In this document: positions 59,682-64,000 of the stretch, piece by piece
Layout: the number at the start of each line of letters is the position of its first letter
How positions within the stretch are numbered: position 1 is the stretch's first letter
DNA from: Pelagibacteraceae bacterium AG-422-B15
GTDB taxonomy: Bacteria > Pseudomonadota > Alphaproteobacteria > Pelagibacterales > AG-422-B15
Reading direction: 5' to 3'
DNA: 64,000 nt
Assembly: GCA_905182345.1 (NCBI GenBank)
Contig: CAJJBG010000002.1
Coordinates: 30,345 to 94,344 of the forward strand
Notes under the pieces: generated by a model
The model's input: only the letters and a program-made list of their open reading frames with translations
The model's database searches: none
What the model was told of the DNA's origin: nothing
Position numbers and translations under genes: made by a program

Positions 59682-59954
59682 ATGAGCTTAAACAATTTAA
59701 CAGATAAAATAGATGAGAGTCTTAACAAAATTGTATCCATAAGTGATCAGTCATTAATTAGTAAAATTAAAGCCGTAAAAGAACTGAGACTGTCAACTGA
59801 CATTGAACTTAAAGTAATTGCGATGAAAACTAAAATTTCAATGAAAAACTTAAAATCAATAGAAAACCTAGAGCTAGAAAAACTTCCCCGCGAACCATGG
59901 AGACACTCTTTCATAAATCAATATTGTGAATTTATTGAAAATTTTGATGAATAG
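59682..59954 (+). CDS. small HTH protein, RodZ-like (HTH_25/XRE-type) with no membrane anchor
   Basis: 90 aa. LRLSTDIELKVIAMKTKISMKNLKSIENLELEKLP...FINQYCEFI follows the RodZ N-terminal pattern (LR......L.....T.I....L..IE......LP....RGF.R.YA.FL). Confidence 0.5.
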   Translation: MSLNNLTDKIDESLNKIVSISDQSLISKIKAVKELRLSTDIELKVIAMKTKISMKNLKSIENLELEKLPREPWRHSFINQYCEFIENFDE

Positions 59955-59966
59955 AATTTTTTAATT

Positions 59967-60254
59967 ATGGCTTCAGGTTTTTTCTATACAGTAGGATATA
60001 TTTCTACAAAAATTGATAATATTGGAAATAAAAATTTATATAAAAATCCTACCAAGGGTTTTATAAATTCCTTAGTTGAAGGCTTTAATCATGCAAAAAA
60101 AGAATTTGATCACTCAAAAGAAACCAAAATAATTAAAAAAACTGTTAAAAAAACTTTTAAAAAAAAACAAAAAAAATTATTTAAGAAAAAAATAGTTAAG
60201 AAAAATTTAGTCAAGAAAAAATTAGTTAAGAAAAAACATTCAGTTAAAAAATAA
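59967..60254 (+). CDS. hypothetical protein with an extremely basic poly-Lys repeat tail
   Basis: 95 aa. The last 45 or so residues are about 55% Lys (KKTVKKTFKKKQKKLFKKKIVKKNLVKKKLVKKKHSVKK) and are partly encoded by 15-nt tandem repeats. Confidence 0.45.
   Translation: MASGFFYTVGYISTKIDNIGNKNLYKNPTKGFINSLVEGFNHAKKEFDHSKETKIIKKTVKKTFKKKQKKLFKKKIVKKNLVKKKLVKKKHSVKK
60177..60251 (+). repeat. five tandem 15-nt units (consensus TTAGTTAAGAAAAAA) encoding (L/I)VKKK pentapeptides
   Basis: The units are 60177-60191, 60192-60206, 60207-60221, 60222-60236 and 60237-60251. They were read directly and degenerate toward both ends. Confidence 0.8.
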
Positions 60255-60263
60255 AAATTTATT

Positions 60264-60734
60264 TTAAAACCATGGATAATCTCTTTTCATAATTATTTTA
60301 TTAAAAATAATAGCATACACCAAAATAATAATAACTCCTGCAGCTAAGGGGAGTACATTGAACTCCAAAGGCAGCCCCAGAGACATTACAAGTATAGGAT
60401 TTCCACCAGCTGGTGGATGAAGCTTGTCAGTCATCATCATAATTAAGATTGCAACTCCAACTGCAACTCCAATAGTAAAAAAAGATACGCCAAAAATAGC
60501 TCCTATAGCAACACCAGAGCCAGCAGATATCAGGTGTCCAAAAAGAATGTTGCGTGGCCTTGCTAAGGGACTTGATGGCAATGCTGTAATGAGTACTACT
60601 GATGCTCCGAACGTAGGTATTATCCATAATATATAATTGCTAGTATTTTCACTAATAAAAGCAATAATTGAAATACATATTGTAGCACTTATTGCCGCAA
60701 TTATTGGTGGGTATAAAAAAAACTTTTTAATCAT
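60264..60734 (-). CDS. HPP family membrane protein
   Basis: 156 aa with 4 TM segments and the eponymous HPPAGG motif (DKLHPPAGGNP). Confidence 0.8.
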   Translation of the reverse strand: MIKKFFLYPPIIAAISATICISIIAFISENTSNYILWIIPTFGASVVLITALPSSPLARPRNILFGHLISAGSGVAIGAIFGVSFFTIGVAVGVAILIMMMTDKLHPPAGGNPILVMSLGLPLEFNVLPLAAGVIIILVYAIIFNKIIMKRDYPWF

Positions 60735-60758
60735 TAAGAATATATATATGCTGATTCT

Positions 60759-61148
60759 ATGATTAAAGCATTCTTAATAGCTACAGTATATTTTATATTG
60801 ATTGATATAACTTTTATAAATTTAGTAATCGTTAAAATTTATAAATCAAACCTTCCAGATTTTGTAGAAATTGGCTTTAAGGCTATTCCTGCAGTATTGT
60901 TTTATCTAATATTTTTATCTGGCTTACTATATTTCTCAATATTACCCAATAAAACCTACTCTATTAACCAAGCTTTAGTAAGTGGAGGCATGTACGGCTT
61001 AACTACCTACGCAACGTATGCGCTAACCGTATTCGCTGTAATGAACATCTTTAATTGGAATATTGTAGTTAGTGATGTTATATGGGGAATATTCCTTTCT
61101 GCTACTGTGAGCGTGCTAACGGTAGTAACTTTATCAAAAATTAATTAG
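60759..61148 (+). CDS. small integral membrane protein (DUF2177-like)
   Basis: 129 aa with 4 predicted TM segments. The family assignment is from memory. Confidence 0.45.
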   Translation: MIKAFLIATVYFILIDITFINLVIVKIYKSNLPDFVEIGFKAIPAVLFYLIFLSGLLYFSILPNKTYSINQALVSGGMYGLTTYATYALTVFAVMNIFNWNIVVSDVIWGIFLSATVSVLTVVTLSKIN

Positions 61149-61899
61149 ATAATTTTCTTTCCATTCGTCTTACAAAATAAGAAATAATCAATATTAGAAC
61201 TAAATACTCCAACACAAGAAATGTATATATTTCCAATGGTCTATATTGGCTTACTACTAACTCATTAGCTTTCCGAGTAAGTTCATTCAGTCCAATAATT
61301 GACACGAGAGATGACATTTTTAACATATAAACAAATTGATTACCTAGTGCGGGCAATATTATTTTTATTGCTTGTGGCAAAATAATGAAACGAAATCTCT
61401 CAAAAAATCTCATACCGAGCGAAGTACCAGCCTCATTCTGCCCTTTCGGCACAGCCTCAAAACCAGATCTGAAAATTTCAGCTATAAATGGACTCTCACA
61501 AATAGAGAGTGCAATTATACCAGCTACAGATGCAGAAAAATTGACACCCGCTAAAACAGGTAGGCCATAATAAATCCATAGTATCATTACTAAGACAGGA
61601 ACAGATCTTATTATTTCAATGTAGGTAATAGTAATAAGCTTAATTACTTTATATTTACTTAAACCAACTATTGCCAATAAAAGTCCTAATATAATTGCAA
61701 AGAAAATAGATAGCAAAGATACAGAAACAGTAAGCCCAAGCCCGGATATTAAAAACTTTATATTAGACATGCCCAACTTATTAAAAGGTGAAATCGCGTA
61801 CCATCCCCAGCTATAATCAGCTGAGCAGCCAACAAAGGCTAAAAATATAAATAAAATGGCTATTGTTCTCATAGTTTTTTTTAAACAGACTGTGGTCAT
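61141..61899 (-). CDS. amino-acid ABC transporter permease (HisM/GlnP family)
   Basis: 252 aa with the EAA loop (EA..SLGM..F..F..IILPQA). The start could also be Met at 61872. Confidence 0.85.
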   Translation of the reverse strand: MTTVCLKKTMRTIAILFIFLAFVGCSADYSWGWYAISPFNKLGMSNIKFLISGLGLTVSVSLLSIFFAIILGLLLAIVGLSKYKVIKLITITYIEIIRSVPVLVMILWIYYGLPVLAGVNFSASVAGIIALSICESPFIAEIFRSGFEAVPKGQNEAGTSLGMRFFERFRFIILPQAIKIILPALGNQFVYMLKMSSLVSIIGLNELTRKANELVVSQYRPLEIYTFLVLEYLVLILIISYFVRRMERKLSN

Positions 61900-61965
61900 T
61901 ATAATAATATGACCTATATAATATATTAAATTATTTTATATATTTAATAAAAAAAGGAGTACTAA

Positions 61966-62733
61966 ATGAAAACTATTAATATTTTTATAATATCAAGCAT
62001 ATTGCTAATAACTAGCCTTGTTTCTGCTAATGCAGAATCAACCTTAGATAAAATAATGCAGACTGGAGTTCTTAAGGTTGGAACAACAGGTGACTTTCCT
62101 GGTTGGAGCTTTAAAAACCCGGCGACTAATGCATATGAAGGGTTTGATATTGAGGTAGCTAAACAATTTGCAGCTGATATGGATGTGGAGTTGGAGTTTG
62201 TACCAACCGATTGGAAAAATTTAGTATCAGGAGTAATAGCAAGCAAATATTATATGACTTCTAGTGCATCAATTACTACTAAAAGAGCAATGCAGGCAGG
62301 TTATTCTGATTCATATTATGGAACTGGTACAGTAGCGATGACATTGAAAAAAAATATAGATAAATTTAGTGGGTGGGAATCTGTGGATGGAACTACAGTT
62401 GCCGTTACATTAGGAACTGTTTTTGAAAATGAGGCAAAAAAATCATTTCCAAATTCAAAAGTAATTGCAGTTGAATCTCCAGCAAGGGATTTTCAAGAAG
62501 TATTATCAGGCAGAAGCTTAGTATCATTAACTTCTAAAGTAGAAGCAATTAAATTGATGCAAACCTACCCTCAGTTGCAAGCCATTAATTTTGATGAACC
62601 TAAAAATGCTAAATTATTTGCGATCTTATTGCCAAGAGCTGATCAAGAGTGGATAAATTTTGTAAATCATTGGATTAAAGATAAAAAAAACCAAGGATTT
62701 TTTATATCTACAGCTAATAAATTTGGACTATAA
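61966..62733 (+). CDS. amino-acid ABC transporter substrate-binding protein (family 3)
   Basis: 255 aa with a signal peptide and the motif L..I...G.LKVGT..D.P...F......Y.GFDIE.A. A strong SD (AAGGAG) lies 7 nt upstream. Confidence 0.85.
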   Translation: MKTINIFIISSILLITSLVSANAESTLDKIMQTGVLKVGTTGDFPGWSFKNPATNAYEGFDIEVAKQFAADMDVELEFVPTDWKNLVSGVIASKYYMTSSASITTKRAMQAGYSDSYYGTGTVAMTLKKNIDKFSGWESVDGTTVAVTLGTVFENEAKKSFPNSKVIAVESPARDFQEVLSGRSLVSLTSKVEAIKLMQTYPQLQAINFDEPKNAKLFAILLPRADQEWINFVNHWIKDKKNQGFFISTANKFGL

Positions 62734-62744
62734 AGATAATTACT

Positions 62745-64000
62745 TTACGATATTTGGGTTAACAGTTTTCTTGAAAAAAAGAATACAAATAATCCAAATA
62801 TCCAATTTATTACCAATAAAATTATAAACATTTCTGTAAAAGTAATTTCAAAATATTTAACGGCTATTGATAATGAGATTGCTGGAAATACAAGTAATCT
62901 TAAAATGTTTACTGCTGTTTGATAGTGTGGTTTTTTTAAACCTTGAAACAATGCTCCGCTAATAAAGAAAATTGGATAAACTGGACCCATAAAGGCAGCT
63001 ATTTTCAAATATTGTGACCCATAATAAATTTGCTCGGGATCATTTGTAAAAAAACTCATCACCAATCCAGATAAAATATAAATTATTATACCACCAACTA
63101 TCATTGCGGAAACACCAATAAGAATTGTTTTGCTATAGATCTCTTTCACTCTATCAAACTTTAGGGCACCATAATTCTGTCCAACTAATGCTAATGTTGA
63201 GGTATTGAGACCTAAAATAGGTAGTAAAAATAATTGTTCAAACCTAACTCCTGCGCCATAACCACCAGCTGCTACATCGCTATATAGAGATACAAAGTAG
63301 AATAAAATAAAAATACCACAACCAACACAAATCATTGAAATGGTAGATGGCATAGATTGCTTTAAAATTTCAACAATCATATCTTTTTTTGGTAAAAAGA
63401 ATTTAGATGAAACATAGTTCTTAATGTCTGTTTTTAAAACTTTTGATAAAATATATACTAATCCAACAAATTCTGAGCATAGGGTTGCAATAGCTATGCC
63501 TGATACACCCATTGCAGGAATAATTCCGAAGCCATAAATAAAAAGTGGATTTAATATTATATTTAAAAAAAACCCAAATATTAAAACATTTCTGTAGCTT
63601 TTAGTATCTCCACGAGCTGTTAAGGCAACGTTTGATGTAATTAAAAGAAAGAAAATTATTGACCCAATAAAAATTATATTTATGTATTCAACGGCATAAG
63701 CAAATGTATTTTGATCAGTGTTTAGTAAATTTAGTACATATGGAGCAAAAATAACTCCAAATATCGCAACAAATACAGCACTTAAAATTGCTACGATTAT
63801 AGATTGAGAAAATAATAACGACGCCTTATTAAGATCTTTTTTACCAAGATAATTTGAGACTAGTGCAGTAGCACCGATACTAAGTCCTGCGCTTAATGCA
63901 ATTATTAAAAAATAAATAGGGAAAACTTTAGATAAACCAGTTAAAGCATCTGGCGATATCATGCCAGCAAATTTCACATCAACTATATTGTACAAAGTTT
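62745..64000 (-). CDS. MATE family efflux transporter (5' end beyond the right window edge)
   Basis: At least 416 aa and polytopic. YNIVDVKFAGMISPDAL resembles the MATE N-terminal LYNLVDT.FVG motif, so about 25-35 residues are missing. The frame is open to nt 64000. Confidence 0.8.
   Translation of the reverse strand, partial: TLYNIVDVKFAGMISPDALTGLSKVFPIYFLIIALSAGLSIGATALVSNYLGKKDLNKASLLFSQSIIVAILSAVFVAIFGVIFAPYVLNLLNTDQNTFAYAVEYINIIFIGSIIFFLLITSNVALTARGDTKSYRNVLIFGFFLNIILNPLFIYGFGIIPAMGVSGIAIATLCSEFVGLVYILSKVLKTDIKNYVSSKFFLPKKDMIVEILKQSMPSTISMICVGCGIFILFYFVSLYSDVAAGGYGAGVRFEQLFLLPILGLNTSTLALVGQNYGALKFDRVKEIYSKTILIGVSAMIVGGIIIYILSGLVMSFFTNDPEQIYYGSQYLKIAAFMGPVYPIFFISGALFQGLKKPHYQTAVNILRLLVFPAISLSIAVKYFEITFTEMFIILLVINWIFGLFVFFFSRKLLTQIS

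Noticed and set aside
60177-60251. Tandem repeats, checked as a possible CRISPR or minisatellite.
   Set aside because: The 15-nt units are contiguous with no spacers, in frame, and encode a Lys-rich pentapeptide repeat inside an ORF. This is not a CRISPR array.
1-64000. Search for mobile elements, prophage remnants, defence systems (restriction-modification, toxin-antitoxin, CBASS, retrons and similar), CRISPR arrays, and tRNA or rRNA genes.
   Set aside because: No transposase, integrase, recombinase, reverse transcriptase, nuclease-helicase or nucleotidyltransferase-type ORFs are present. There are no terminal inverted repeats or spacer-repeat arrays. No cloverleaf-like G+C-rich segment occurs outside the rpsB leader. 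Every ORF of at least 90 aa on the coding strands is accounted for by housekeeping, envelope or transport functions, apart from the few small hypotheticals listed in the features.

Overview
This is a visibly AT-rich (about 30% G+C by eye, not computed), extremely gene-dense alphaproteobacterial chromosome segment. Gene content, gene order and compaction (many ATGA/TAATG start-stop overlaps, almost no spacers) fit a streamlined marine SAR11/Pelagibacterales-type genome; this is inference, since no rRNA is present to confirm it. I count about 66 protein genes, nearly all core housekeeping, in three conserved alphaproteobacterial synteny blocks. Block 1: mce-DUF1467-proS-lolED-dnaE, rpsB-tsf-pyrH-frr-uppS-cdsA-dxr-bamA-skp-lpxD-fabZ-lpxA-lpxI, then gltA, lexA and trpCDGE-ppiD on the minus strand. 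Block 2: tpiA-secG-pyrG-kdsA-eno-ftsB-lipA-SRPBCC, cinA-pgpA-ispDF on the minus strand, then ntrYX-trkA-dat-hflX. Block 3, all on the minus strand: tatD-metG-holB-tmk-dac-rlpA-mltB. A roughly 5.7 kb cell-surface glycan islet (42.4-48.1 kb) sits between hflX and tatD, and a mixed metabolic/transport tail occupies 55-64 kb. I saw no rRNA, tRNA, CRISPR array, transposase, integrase, prophage or recognisable defence genes. I did not find a convincing new multi-gene system. The observations most worth a second look are: (1) an MltB-type lytic transglycosylase whose ATG is put out of frame by an A12 run right after the start codon; (2) a G+C-rich structured leader upstream of rpsB that pairs with the Shine-Dalgarno; (3) a GTTC-repeat LexA operator; (4) the glycan islet, with an orphan gmd, an in-frame A13 run and head-to-head start codons 3 bp apart; (5) NtrY without a PAS domain and NtrX without GAFTGA; (6) the longest spacer in the window (333 bp), holding two tandem mini-ORFs for hydrophobic peptides; (7) a RodZ-like HTH-only mini-protein followed by a poly-lysine repeat protein; (8) clean gene excisions from the ancestral synteny (hfq, rseP, lpxB, the pdh cluster, ntrBC).
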